A stretch of 64,000 bases of DNA from an uncultured virus (IMG/VR IMGVR_UViG_3300034104_004859) (lineage: Duplodnaviria; Heunggongvirae; Uroviricota; Caudoviricetes). Shown one piece after another: positions 30,482 to 40,187 of this stretch. How positions within the stretch are numbered: the first letter of the stretch is position 1; every line of letters starts with the position of its first letter. The translations under genes and the position numbers were made by a program. The notes under the pieces are model-generated. The model was given only the letters and a program-made list of their open reading frames with translations, did no database searches and was not told the DNA's origin. The stretch lies in the IMG/VR virus record IMGVR_UViG_3300034104_004859. One strand, 5' to 3'.

Positions 30482-31456
30482 ATGAAAAAAATATTAGTTA
30501 CAGGCGGTGCCGGATTCATAGGTTCTCACTTAGTTAAAAGATTAGTTAAGCAGGGACATGATGTTACGGTAATTGATAATTTGGAAAGAGGTAGGATAGA
30601 ATTTTTATCAGATATTATTACTGATATTAAAATGGCTCATACTGATTTAACTGATTATGATGAATGTAGTAGATATTTCATTGATAAAGATATTGTGATT
30701 CATTTAGCATCTAAGGTTGGTGGTATAGGTACTTACTTATCCAAACCTTATGATGTGATGAACTCAAATATGAAAATGGATAGTAACGTATTGAGGGGCA
30801 TCATTGAAAACAAAATAGATACATACTTCTACGCATCATCCGCACACATCTATCCAAAGGAGTTACAAACGATAGCAGATTCACCAATGATTAAAGAATC
30901 AGATGCATATCCTGCTAATCCCGAATTAACATATGGTTGGGCAAAGTTGATTGGTGAGAAAGCAATTGAATCTGCGGTAGTTGAAAATGATTGGATGAAA
31001 GTAGCAATAGCAAGATTCATTGGTATCTACGGACCAAATCAGGACTTTAAGTTAGAGAGTGGTTCGGTTATCCCTGTATTCTCACATAGAGCAATCAAAT
31101 ATCCTGAAGTACCATTTAGTGTATGGGGAACTGGAAAGGAAACTCGTTCTTATTGTTTCATTGAAGATGCTTTGGATTGTATTGAAAAAATGATTGAAGC
31201 AATGGATACGAAACAAATAGTTGGACCATACAATGTTGGTAAGGGTGAAAGATGTACCATTGAAGATATAGCAAACACTGTTGTTGAAATTAGTGGTAAG
31301 AATATTAACATTGAATGGGATACAACAAAGAACACAGTCATTTGGGGACAGTGGTGTGATTGTAGTTTAGCAAAAGAAGAATTAGGTTGGGAAGCACAAA
31401 CATCTTTAAGAGATGGATTAACAATAGTATATAACGATATAAAACAAAGAGTATGA
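30482..31456 (+). CDS. NAD-dependent NDP-sugar epimerase (GDP-mannose 3,5-epimerase-like)
   Basis: TGGAGFIG, HLASKVGGIG, YASSA.IYP, YGWAK, WGTG.ETRS. Confidence 0.85.
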   Translation: MKKILVTGGAGFIGSHLVKRLVKQGHDVTVIDNLERGRIEFLSDIITDIKMAHTDLTDYDECSRYFIDKDIVIHLASKVGGIGTYLSKPYDVMNSNMKMDSNVLRGIIENKIDTYFYASSAHIYPKELQTIADSPMIKESDAYPANPELTYGWAKLIGEKAIESAVVENDWMKVAIARFIGIYGPNQDFKLESGSVIPVFSHRAIKYPEVPFSVWGTGKETRSYCFIEDALDCIEKMIEAMDTKQIVGPYNVGKGERCTIEDIANTVVEISGKNINIEWDTTKNTVIWGQWCDCSLAKEELGWEAQTSLRDGLTIVYNDIKQRV

Positions 31457-32388
31457 AAGTATTAATTACAGGAGGAGCTGGTTACTTAGGTTCAAATTTA
31501 ACTAGGCATTTATTAGAGGCAGGTTACTCTGTTACGGTATTGGACAATTTAATGTATGACCAAGTAACTTTATTACATTTATTTGGTAACCCTAAATTTC
31601 AATTTGAATTAGGAGATGTAAGAGATAAAAAACTTTTACAAGAGTTAGTAGGATTAAATGATGTGATTATTCCATTAGCAGCAATTGTAGGAATGCCTGC
31701 ATGTAAAGCTAATCCGGAATTAACGGTAGCTGTGAACTATCAGCAAGTAGCTGATATCGTTGAAGTATTAAGAGATGACCAAAAGTTAATCTTACCTAAT
31801 ACCAATTCACAATATGGTTCATCCGATTCAATCATTACGGAAGAATCTCCATTTAATCCGTTATCACTTTACGCTAAAACTAAATGTGATGCAGAGAACA
31901 CTATGTTAGCAAACGGAAATGGTGTATCATTAAGATTAGCAACTGTATTTGGTGTATCACCTCGTATGAGAACTGATTTATTGGTAAACGATTTTGTTTA
32001 TAAGAGTATAGTGGATGGTTATTTAGTATTGTTTGAAGCCCACTTTAAAAGAAACTACATTCACGTTCAGGACATAGCTCGTACATTCCAATTCATTATT
32101 GAGAATTATGATAAGTGTAAAGGACATGCATTCAATGTAGGTTTATCAACTGCTAACTTAAGCAAATTAGAATTGGCAGAAAAAATTAAATCACACATTC
32201 CATCGTTGGTGATTAAGCAAGATGATTTCAAAGAAGATTTTGATAAGAGAAACTATATCGTATCAAATGAAAAATTAGAAGCATTAGGATGGAAACCAAT
32301 TTATGATTTAGATTACGGAATCAAACAATTGATATCGGCATACAAAATCGTAATAAACAAAAACAATCAAAATTTTACAAACCTTTAA
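31453..32388 (+). CDS. NAD-dependent epimerase/dehydratase
   Basis: TGGAGYLG, LAAIVG.PAC, YAKTK, LRLATVFG.SPRMR.DL. Confidence 0.88.
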   Translation: MKVLITGGAGYLGSNLTRHLLEAGYSVTVLDNLMYDQVTLLHLFGNPKFQFELGDVRDKKLLQELVGLNDVIIPLAAIVGMPACKANPELTVAVNYQQVADIVEVLRDDQKLILPNTNSQYGSSDSIITEESPFNPLSLYAKTKCDAENTMLANGNGVSLRLATVFGVSPRMRTDLLVNDFVYKSIVDGYLVLFEAHFKRNYIHVQDIARTFQFIIENYDKCKGHAFNVGLSTANLSKLELAEKIKSHIPSLVIKQDDFKEDFDKRNYIVSNEKLEALGWKPIYDLDYGIKQLISAYKIVINKNNQNFTNL

Positions 32389-32390
32389 TT

Positions 32391-32795
32391 ATGGCAGACA
32401 GAAAGTACTTACCAACATTGAGTGAATTAGTAGATAGATTATCTATCGTACAATTGAAAGAAGTGTTTATCGCTGAACACAAAGCAGAATATGCGGAAGA
32501 AATTAATGCAATTGTACATGATGTTCAATTATATTTGAATGAGAGCAAAGAACCAATTACAGCAGAAACAATCAGAGCAATTGTAGTGTTATCACAAATG
32601 AACTTACATATTTGGCACAATGAATCAAACTATCGTAAAGGAATTAAAGATGGTAATAATTTAGAATTAACACATGGATTAAATGGTATTCGTAACGTAG
32701 CTAAGAATAAGATTCAGGAAGTTATGGGTGGTAGAAAGGATTACAAAATTGATTGCTTAGCAGCCGATTTTAAAGATTGGGAAATAAGCTGGTAA
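32391..32795 (+). CDS. Conserved hypothetical helical protein of sugar clusters
   Basis: SELVDRLSI..LK, N..IW..E, N..R...K..I. Confidence 0.6.
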   Translation: MADRKYLPTLSELVDRLSIVQLKEVFIAEHKAEYAEEINAIVHDVQLYLNESKEPITAETIRAIVVLSQMNLHIWHNESNYRKGIKDGNNLELTHGLNGIRNVAKNKIQEVMGGRKDYKIDCLAADFKDWEISW

Positions 32796-32806
32796 AATAA
32801 AAAGTT

Positions 32807-33562
32807 ATGAAAATATTAGTTATAGGAGATAGTTGTAAAGATGTATTTATTTATGGCACAGCCAATAGGTTGTGTCCTGAAGCTCCTGTGCCTGTATTCA
32901 TTCCTAAAAGAAAAACTGAAACAGGTGGTATGGCAGCTAATGTATATGAGAATATAGAATCACTAAACGTTGAAGTTGATTTGATAACAAATTCAGAACC
33001 TATTACAAAGACGAGATATGTTGAAGAAAAAACAAATCATCAAATCATAAGAGTAGATTCTGATGCAACAAAATCGCAAAGAGTTGAAGGATTGGAACAC
33101 ATTCCATATTCTGATTATTGTGCAGTTATCATATCAGATTACAACAAAGGGTTTTTGGAGTATGATGATATTGAATACATTTGTTCAAAGCATGATACGG
33201 TATTCATTGATACTAAAAAGATTGTGAATGAAAAAATGTTGGGAGCTAAGTTCATTAAAATAAATGAACATGAGTATGAAAACAATATCGCAGCTGGACA
33301 ATACTTCAAAGAATTCTATGATAAGTTAATCGTAACTATGAGTGGTAAGGGGTGTAAGTATATGGAGAACGAATTCAATGTTAAGGAAGTTGAAGTTAGA
33401 GATAATAGTGGCGCAGGCGATTCATTCATATCAGCATTAACAATTGAATATTGCAGAAGTAAAGATATTAATAAATCCATTGTATATGCAAATGAATGTG
33501 CCACAATAGCAGTTCAACATAAAGGAGTAACAAAGATTGGTAATCATATTAAAATATATTAA
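32807..33562 (+). CDS. rfaE: PfkB-family sugar kinase (RfaE/HldA heptose-kinase-like)
   Basis: VIGD, RLCPEAPVPV, GG.AANV, KTR, SDYNKG, D.SGAGDSF. Confidence 0.85.
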   Translation: MKILVIGDSCKDVFIYGTANRLCPEAPVPVFIPKRKTETGGMAANVYENIESLNVEVDLITNSEPITKTRYVEEKTNHQIIRVDSDATKSQRVEGLEHIPYSDYCAVIISDYNKGFLEYDDIEYICSKHDTVFIDTKKIVNEKMLGAKFIKINEHEYENNIAAGQYFKEFYDKLIVTMSGKGCKYMENEFNVKEVEVRDNSGAGDSFISALTIEYCRSKDINKSIVYANECATIAVQHKGVTKIGNHIKIY

Positions 33563-34926
33563 TGACAAAATTAATTATCTTTGACTTAGATGGTGTGCTA
33601 GTTGAAGCAAAAGAAATACACTACAATACCCTAAATCAAGCTCTAAAAGAAATTGATGAGAAATATGTAATTACTGAAGCTGAGCATTTATCAATATACG
33701 ATGGATTAAAGACAACTCAGAAATTAGAATTACTTACTAAGAATAAAGGATTACATACTGAATTCTACGATAGTATTTGGTATAGAAAGCAACACCTAAC
33801 AATTGAAGCTATTTCACAATTACAACCCGATTTGCAAAAGATTGAGTTGTTTAAAGAATTGAGAGATAGGGGGTATAAGTTAGCTGTTGCTTCAAACTCA
33901 ATTAGAAGGTCTGTGTTGGTTATGTTAGCAAAGATAGGTATTATTGAGTATATGGATTTAATCATCTCTAATGAGGATGTAAAGAACTCTAAACCGCATC
34001 CTGAAATGTATTGGAAGGCAATGAGTATGATGGGATGTTTACCTGAAGAAACTCTTATAGTAGAGGATTCTCCGCATGGTTTATTGGCAGCAAGTAGAAG
34101 TAGAGCAAATGTTCTAAGAGTAGATAATCCAAAAGATTTGGTAATATCAAAAATTATTCGTAAATTAGAGGAAACTAAAAAAGTTATGAGCATACCAAAA
34201 TGGCAGGGTGGTAAGATGAATGTACTTATCCCAATGGCTGGAGCTGGAAGTAGATTCCAACAAGCCGGCTACACATTCCCTAAACCACTAATTGATGTGG
34301 AAGGAAAACCAATGATTCAGGTTGTAGTAGATAACCTAAACATAGAAGCTACATACATTTATGTAGTACAAAAAGAACATAGAGAAAAGTACAACTTAGA
34401 TACCCTATTAAATCTAATCACTCCTAATTGTAAGATTGTGGAAGTGGATGGTTTGACAGAAGGAGCTGCTTGTACAACCCTATTGGCAAAAGAATATATC
34501 AATAACGATGAACCATTAGTTATGGCAAACTCTGACCAATTTGTAGAGTGGGATAGTAATGAGTTTATGTATAAGATGATTGAGCAGAAAGTTGATGGAG
34601 GTATTCTTACTTTTACAGCAACACATCCTAAATGGTCATTCGCTAAAGTGGATGAATATGGTTATGTTACCGAAGTAGCAGAGAAGAATCCAATTTCAGA
34701 TATTGCAACTGTTGGTGTTTACTATTGGGCTAAAGGTTCTGACTATGTAAAGTATGCAGAACAAATGATTGGTAAGAACATCAGAACTAATAATGAATTT
34801 TATACTTGTCCTACTTTCAATGAAGCAATTGGTGATGGTAAGAAAATCAAAACATTCAACATTGATAAGATGTGGGGATTGGGTACGCCTGAAGATTTAA
34901 AATATTACTTAGAAAATAAAAAATAA
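33562..34926 (+). CDS. HAD phosphatase fused to an NDP-sugar nucleotidyltransferase
   Basis: FDLDGVL, KP.PE, EDS; then IPMAGAGSRF...PKPLI, EKNPIS..ATVG.YY, GLGTPEDL. Confidence 0.9.
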   Translation: MTKLIIFDLDGVLVEAKEIHYNTLNQALKEIDEKYVITEAEHLSIYDGLKTTQKLELLTKNKGLHTEFYDSIWYRKQHLTIEAISQLQPDLQKIELFKELRDRGYKLAVASNSIRRSVLVMLAKIGIIEYMDLIISNEDVKNSKPHPEMYWKAMSMMGCLPEETLIVEDSPHGLLAASRSRANVLRVDNPKDLVISKIIRKLEETKKVMSIPKWQGGKMNVLIPMAGAGSRFQQAGYTFPKPLIDVEGKPMIQVVVDNLNIEATYIYVVQKEHREKYNLDTLLNLITPNCKIVEVDGLTEGAACTTLLAKEYINNDEPLVMANSDQFVEWDSNEFMYKMIEQKVDGGILTFTATHPKWSFAKVDEYGYVTEVAEKNPISDIATVGVYYWAKGSDYVKYAEQMIGKNIRTNNEFYTCPTFNEAIGDGKKIKTFNIDKMWGLGTPEDLKYYLENKK

Positions 34927-36152
34927 TGGCACACTATCAACGTATAACATTTATAATTCCTTGCAGAAATAATTTAAAATATTTAAAGCAAGCAGTTAGT
35001 AGTATTGAAGATTGTTATGGAGATACACATAATATAGTAATATTAGATGATGCTTCAAATGATGGTACATGGGAGTGGATTGAATCACTTAATAAAGCAT
35101 ATATCAAAACATATAGAAATGGTTCTGATAATAGAGTTGGACATACGGTATTATATGATATAGGAATTAAATTAGCAGAAACTCCGATAGTTACAATTTT
35201 ACATTCAGATATGATTGTAACTCAAAACTATGTAGGTAATATGTTGAAACATTTAAAACCATTATCGGTTGTAAGTGCTACTCGTATTGAACCACCATTA
35301 CATCCACCTGGTCCCGAAAAGTATGTTAAAGATTTTGGTATGGAGCCGGAAACATTTGATAAAGAAGCTTTCCAAAAGTTTGTTTATGAAACGGAGTATG
35401 TAACCGAAGGTAAAACAACAAAAGGTATCTTTGCACCTTGGATGTTATACAAAGAAGATTTTGCACAAATTGGTGGACATGATAAATTGTTTGCACCAAT
35501 GGAGTTGGAAGATTCTGATATATTCAATAGATTCCATTTACAACAATATGAGTTGATACAAAGTAGAGATGCGTTTGTATATCATATGACTTGTAGAGGT
35601 AGCCGTTTCAAAGATGGTATTGAGATTGAAAGAGAGATACCATTACCGGATGGAACTATTTGGTACAAACCTAAAGATTCGGAAGAATATACAAAACTAA
35701 GACAAAACAAATTTAGAGAGTGGTGGAGAAAATGGCATACTGATGTATTACATGATGACCTTATGATGCCAATAGTACCAAATAGATATACTACTTCATT
35801 TGTAATTCATAATTGTAGTACGCATCTTTTAGGTGTATTGGAACCTTGGTGTGATGACATTTATGTTGATTGTGATTTTGGAAGTTATGTAGCTAGTGAG
35901 CAAAATGAATCAATGTTTAAAATATCCGATAGAGTTCATAAAATCGGAGATGTGATGAAAAATGATGTACAAATATTATTTGATGGTAGTAAGCTTACAA
36001 CCGAACATTATAATCAGTTTATAAAGAACATACCATTCATAATACAACAAACCGATTCAGTTGGAAGTTTTGAATGGGATATATTCCAACTACATGTACT
36101 TAATTTGAGAACAAAAGATATGGTACTCCCATTTTACAAAAATATATTTTAA
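34926..36152 (+). CDS. GT2 glycosyltransferase
   Basis: IIPCRN, LDDASNDGT, HSDM, IGGHD..F...EDSD. Confidence 0.85.
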   Translation: MAHYQRITFIIPCRNNLKYLKQAVSSIEDCYGDTHNIVILDDASNDGTWEWIESLNKAYIKTYRNGSDNRVGHTVLYDIGIKLAETPIVTILHSDMIVTQNYVGNMLKHLKPLSVVSATRIEPPLHPPGPEKYVKDFGMEPETFDKEAFQKFVYETEYVTEGKTTKGIFAPWMLYKEDFAQIGGHDKLFAPMELEDSDIFNRFHLQQYELIQSRDAFVYHMTCRGSRFKDGIEIEREIPLPDGTIWYKPKDSEEYTKLRQNKFREWWRKWHTDVLHDDLMMPIVPNRYTTSFVIHNCSTHLLGVLEPWCDDIYVDCDFGSYVASEQNESMFKISDRVHKIGDVMKNDVQILFDGSKLTTEHYNQFIKNIPFIIQQTDSVGSFEWDIFQLHVLNLRTKDMVLPFYKNIF

Positions 36153-37042
36153 TGAAAAAAAGAACACTAATTTGCATACATGTTATGCCATACGAAATTG
36201 AAATGTTTGAAAGACAAATCGTTCAAATGAAAAAAGCATTCATGTATTTGGATGAAAGAGATGATGTTACACTAAAAGTAACTCTAAACCTAAATCCAGA
36301 ATTAACTGATTGGGAAAACAGTGAATTAAAAAATGGTCACTTCATATCTCGTTTTGCAGTATTATTTAATGGAATGAAAAATATAAATGAAATTATATTA
36401 GATACATCTTGTTGGGGAACTACTCAACAAAAGAGAGAAGCTATTAAATTAGATTATGACCAGTTTATATTTTGTGATACCGATATAATTTTTCACGAAC
36501 ATATGTTACGATATCAATTAGATGTATCTTACCAAATGGAAGGTATGTATATTGTTTCACCATCATTAGCAAAGTTTTGGGATACAAGTTGGGATGTATT
36601 ATGTCATTCAGATTATATGGATAAGCACGTTGGATATTCAACAGAAAGAGAAGCCATAGAAAATACAACTGTACAAAAATTAGAATCTATTACAATAAAA
36701 AGAGTACCTGTTATTAAGTTTGGATGTGGGATGCATACACTATATTCTAAATCATTTTGGGAGTTTGTAGGAATACCAGAATCATTTGGCGGATATGGTC
36801 CTGAAGATACATACGCAATGTCAGCCGCTGAAATAGCAATTAAATTAGGACATGATATAGTTCAGGTATATATGGATGGTATTTACATTACGGAAGATTA
36901 TATTAATAGAAAACCTTCTTTTGATGGAAAAATAAAACCAATTGATAGAAAAACGGAATTTTGGCAAAAAGCATTTAATCTTGGTCAAGAAGAAATTACA
37001 AAGTTTGCAACAAAATTAATCAAAAATAAATCAAATCCATAA
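36152..37042 (+). CDS. GT-A glycosyltransferase
   Basis: FCDTDIIF (DxD), F.GYGPED. Confidence 0.7.
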   Translation: MKKRTLICIHVMPYEIEMFERQIVQMKKAFMYLDERDDVTLKVTLNLNPELTDWENSELKNGHFISRFAVLFNGMKNINEIILDTSCWGTTQQKREAIKLDYDQFIFCDTDIIFHEHMLRYQLDVSYQMEGMYIVSPSLAKFWDTSWDVLCHSDYMDKHVGYSTEREAIENTTVQKLESITIKRVPVIKFGCGMHTLYSKSFWEFVGIPESFGGYGPEDTYAMSAAEIAIKLGHDIVQVYMDGIYITEDYINRKPSFDGKIKPIDRKTEFWQKAFNLGQEEITKFATKLIKNKSNP

Positions 37043-37048
37043 ATCTTT

Positions 37049-37057
37049 ATATTTATA
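37049..37057 (+). promoter_or_regulatory. ATAYTTATA motif (putative second promoter class)
   Basis: ATATTTATA, 18 nt before ATG 37076. Confidence 0.45.
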
Positions 37058-37075
37058 TTGGTAAATACGAATATA

Positions 37076-37417
37076 ATGAAGCTTAGTCAATTAAAAGAGC
37101 AAATACGTTCTGTAATAAGAGAACAATTCATAGATGAGATGTCACAAAACGATATCCACTTTAAAGCAATAATGAAATTCTACGATAGAGGAACTTCAAA
37201 TGCTAAGAAAGCAATATCTTTATATTGTTGCGCTAAACCAAATGCAACTAGACAGCAAGTAACCAAAGAATTGATGGATATGGATTATAATGATATCCAA
37301 GACTTACAAAAGCATTTCAAAATTAAAGAATACGTTGACAAGAAAGGTGTTGAGCATGTAGCTGCAGCGTTACCTCAAACGGAAGAAGAACCAATAAAGG
37401 AATGTAAAACTTGTTAA
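37076..37417 (+). CDS. Hypothetical protein, possibly virion-internal
   Basis: ATG 37076 preferred; MKLSQLKEQIRSVIRE N-terminus. Confidence 0.6.
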   Translation: MKLSQLKEQIRSVIREQFIDEMSQNDIHFKAIMKFYDRGTSNAKKAISLYCCAKPNATRQQVTKELMDMDYNDIQDLQKHFKIKEYVDKKGVEHVAAALPQTEEEPIKECKTC

Positions 37418-37419
37418 GT

Positions 37420-37734
37420 ATGGAAAATTTGTATTCAGTATTAATTACAGCTATCACCGTATTAGGTGGAACGGGTGCTTGGAGATATTATGAAAAGAGA
37501 GCACTAAGTAAAGAAAGAGATGATGAATTTATCAGACATGATTGTAAAGACCGCATCACTAAATTAGAAGCCTTATTAGAAAATAGTTCAAAAGAGAAAG
37601 ATGAACTTCGTAGTATGGTATTAGAACTTACAAAAGAAGTAGCAGCATTGGGTGTTAAAGTTGAGTTCCTTACAAAAGAAAACGATAAGTTAGAAAAAGC
37701 ACTCCCAAAGACTAGAAAGCAAATAAACGGATAG
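37420..37734 (+). CDS. Single-TM + coiled-coil membrane protein (holin-like)
   Basis: Hydrophobic N-terminus VLITAITVLGGTGAW followed by a heptad-rich region. Confidence 0.55.
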   Translation: MENLYSVLITAITVLGGTGAWRYYEKRALSKERDDEFIRHDCKDRITKLEALLENSSKEKDELRSMVLELTKEVAALGVKVEFLTKENDKLEKALPKTRKQING

Positions 37735-37735
37735 G

Positions 37736-38263
37736 ATGCCAATCGCAAGAACATTATTTACGGAAGATAGGAAATTAAGAGTCTTTGATTTTGATGATAC
37801 ACTTGTCAAAACAAACTCATTCATATATGTAACGCATAAGGATGGTAAAACATCTAAACTAACTCCTGGTCAATATGCAATTTACAAAGAAAGACCGGGT
37901 GATGAATTTGATTATAAAGATTTTCAACAAGTAACAAGACCTGAACTTATAAAGGGATACGTTGAATTATTAAAAAGAATGGTCAATAGTGGTGGTAGTA
38001 GAGAGGTATTCATTTTAACGGCTCGTTCCGCAGAAAGACCCGTTTCTCAATTCATAAAGGATTTAGGTATAAAGGGAGTAACAGTAGTAGCATTGGGTGA
38101 TAATAACCCTGAAAAGAAAGCTGACTGGATTGAAGATAAAGTAAAAGATGGATTTGATGATATCTTCTTTGTTGATGATTCCCCTAAAAACATAGATGCG
38201 GTACGCAAAAGACTAAGCAATTACAATATAAAGAAAAAAATCCAACAAGTTAAACACTTCTAA
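37736..38263 (+). CDS. HAD-superfamily phosphatase
   Basis: VFDFDDTL, ILTAR, FVDDS.KN. Confidence 0.85.
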   Translation: MPIARTLFTEDRKLRVFDFDDTLVKTNSFIYVTHKDGKTSKLTPGQYAIYKERPGDEFDYKDFQQVTRPELIKGYVELLKRMVNSGGSREVFILTARSAERPVSQFIKDLGIKGVTVVALGDNNPEKKADWIEDKVKDGFDDIFFVDDSPKNIDAVRKRLSNYNIKKKIQQVKHF

Positions 38264-38293
38264 CTTGTGGTAGTGGTTTATTTAAATTTTTCA

Positions 38294-38302
38294 ATATTTA
38301 TA
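38294..38302 (+). promoter_or_regulatory. ATAYTTATA motif before the structural-gene block
   Basis: ATATTTATA in the intergenic gap. Confidence 0.45.
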
Positions 38303-38339
38303 GGAGTTAAATACTAACTTTACGAAACAATATTGATAA

Positions 38340-40175
38340 ATGGCAAATAAAAAGATAACCGAACTACCTTATATTACAGGAATATCGGGCTCTACGATAG
38401 CGGACAATCCAATTCTTAACACTGTACTTCCTGTTGTTTTATACGGAACTACTAATCAAATAACTATTGAGAATTTCTCAAAATTTGTAACACAATATAG
38501 TGCACATACTGGTTCGGCTGGAAATATATTCACAGGTCCACAAACTATTAATAACAATGTTACCATTAATGGTACATTACGAGTAACAGAAGTTGTTGCT
38601 CAGTACGAAACGGCATCAATATTATTCTCAACAGGTTCTACCAAATTAGGTGACCAAATAACTGATAAACATGAATTTACTGGTTCTACTAATATAACTG
38701 GTTCTTTTATTGTAAATGGAGCTAATTTAACTGATTTTAGCGCATCCAATTCAGCAACTTTTACAAATTATAGTAGTTCAAATTCAGCTACTTTCACAAA
38801 CTTTAGTAGTTCTAATGCCGTATATGTTACTTTATTAAGCAGCTCAAATTCAACTACTTTCACAAACTTTAGTTCATCTAATTCAACTGTATTTACAAAC
38901 TTTAGTTCATCTAATTCAACTTTATTTACAAATTATAGTAGTTCAAATTCTACATTAATTACAAATTATAGTTCCTCTATTAATACAAACATATATGCTA
39001 TTAGTTCTTCAATAGATGACACTTTATTTGCGGTAAGTGCTTCAATAGATACTACAATACTTACAATAAGCGCTTCAATAGATGATACTTTATTTGATGT
39101 TAGTTCATCTATTAATACCACAATATACACAATTAGTGCTTCAATAGATGATACTTTGTTTGATGTTAGTTCATCTATAAACACTAACATATATGCAATT
39201 AGTTCTTCAATAGATTCTACTATTAAGGCTAATTTGGGAGCAACTAATGATGTAATACTTAGAATCCAACAAGCAACTGCATCAATTCAATCATATACTG
39301 CATCTTTAAAAACAGCAATATTACCTAATGGCACTAATTTAGATGTATTTGGTAATTTAAGAGTTAGTGGTTCTACAACATTGGGTGACAATAATACTGA
39401 TAAGGTTGAAGTAACTGGTTCGGTTAATGTAACTGGATATGTATCAGCATCTGGTATTAATATCTATTCAACTGGTACTCCTGAAATTCTATCTACAAAC
39501 AATTTAAGATTAACGGCAGATAGCTCGGTTGTAATTACTACTGATAATTCTGGAACAGCAAAGGTATGGGATTTTGATAATGGTGGTACAATAAATTTAC
39601 CGGGCGGAGCTACAATATCAACACCAAATACTGTGGATGTGATTGTTGCAGCTGGTTCGGCTGGGGCAGCTCAATTAGCAAACTTTAATAAGGGTAACTA
39701 CTTTGCAATAAATGATACTCTTGCAACAATTAATGTGGATGCTGGGGCTACAAATAAGGTATGGCAATTTACAAATGTTGGTAGTATTAATTTACCGGGT
39801 TCAATTATTAAACCGGATGGTGGAGAGTATTCAGCATCACTAACATTGACATCTTCATTCCATGCATTTACATCATCTATAAGTTCAACATCAAATGATT
39901 ATAGAATTGAATTAAATAGTATTGAAGCTTACACTGCATCTTTAAAAACTGCAGCAATTGTATCATCTTCACAACAAATACAAAATTATAACTTATTTGC
40001 AACAACTGGTTCAAATACATTTATTGGAGCACAAACGATACAAAATGGTTATGTAGTATTATCGCAAGTTTCGGCAAGTTTGAATTTTGCAGATGATGCC
40101 GCAGCAGCAATTGGTGGTGTACCTTTAGGTGGATTATATAGAAACGGAAACTTCATAATAATTAGAATAATATAA
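38340..40175 (+). CDS. Fibre-like structural protein with 11-residue repeats
   Basis: MANKKITELP start; TGS-rich beta-repeats; 15 x 11-aa repeats. Confidence 0.7.
   Translation: MANKKITELPYITGISGSTIADNPILNTVLPVVLYGTTNQITIENFSKFVTQYSAHTGSAGNIFTGPQTINNNVTINGTLRVTEVVAQYETASILFSTGSTKLGDQITDKHEFTGSTNITGSFIVNGANLTDFSASNSATFTNYSSSNSATFTNFSSSNAVYVTLLSSSNSTTFTNFSSSNSTVFTNFSSSNSTLFTNYSSSNSTLITNYSSSINTNIYAISSSIDDTLFAVSASIDTTILTISASIDDTLFDVSSSINTTIYTISASIDDTLFDVSSSINTNIYAISSSIDSTIKANLGATNDVILRIQQATASIQSYTASLKTAILPNGTNLDVFGNLRVSGSTTLGDNNTDKVEVTGSVNVTGYVSASGINIYSTGTPEILSTNNLRLTADSSVVITTDNSGTAKVWDFDNGGTINLPGGATISTPNTVDVIVAAGSAGAAQLANFNKGNYFAINDTLATINVDAGATNKVWQFTNVGSINLPGSIIKPDGGEYSASLTLTSSFHAFTSSISSTSNDYRIELNSIEAYTASLKTAAIVSSSQQIQNYNLFATTGSNTFIGAQTIQNGYVVLSQVSASLNFADDAAAAIGGVPLGGLYRNGNFIIIRII
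38727..39221 (+). repeat. 15 x 33-bp degenerate tandem repeat (FTNFSSSNST / ISSSIDDTL type)
   Basis: Counted directly from the translation. Confidence 0.85.
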
Positions 40176-40187
40176 AACAATAAACAA

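Noticed and set aside
18058..37042. Interpretation as a bacterial O-antigen or capsule locus
   Set aside because: No transport or polymerisation genes; contiguous with the phage replisome and fibre genes and uses the same promoter motif
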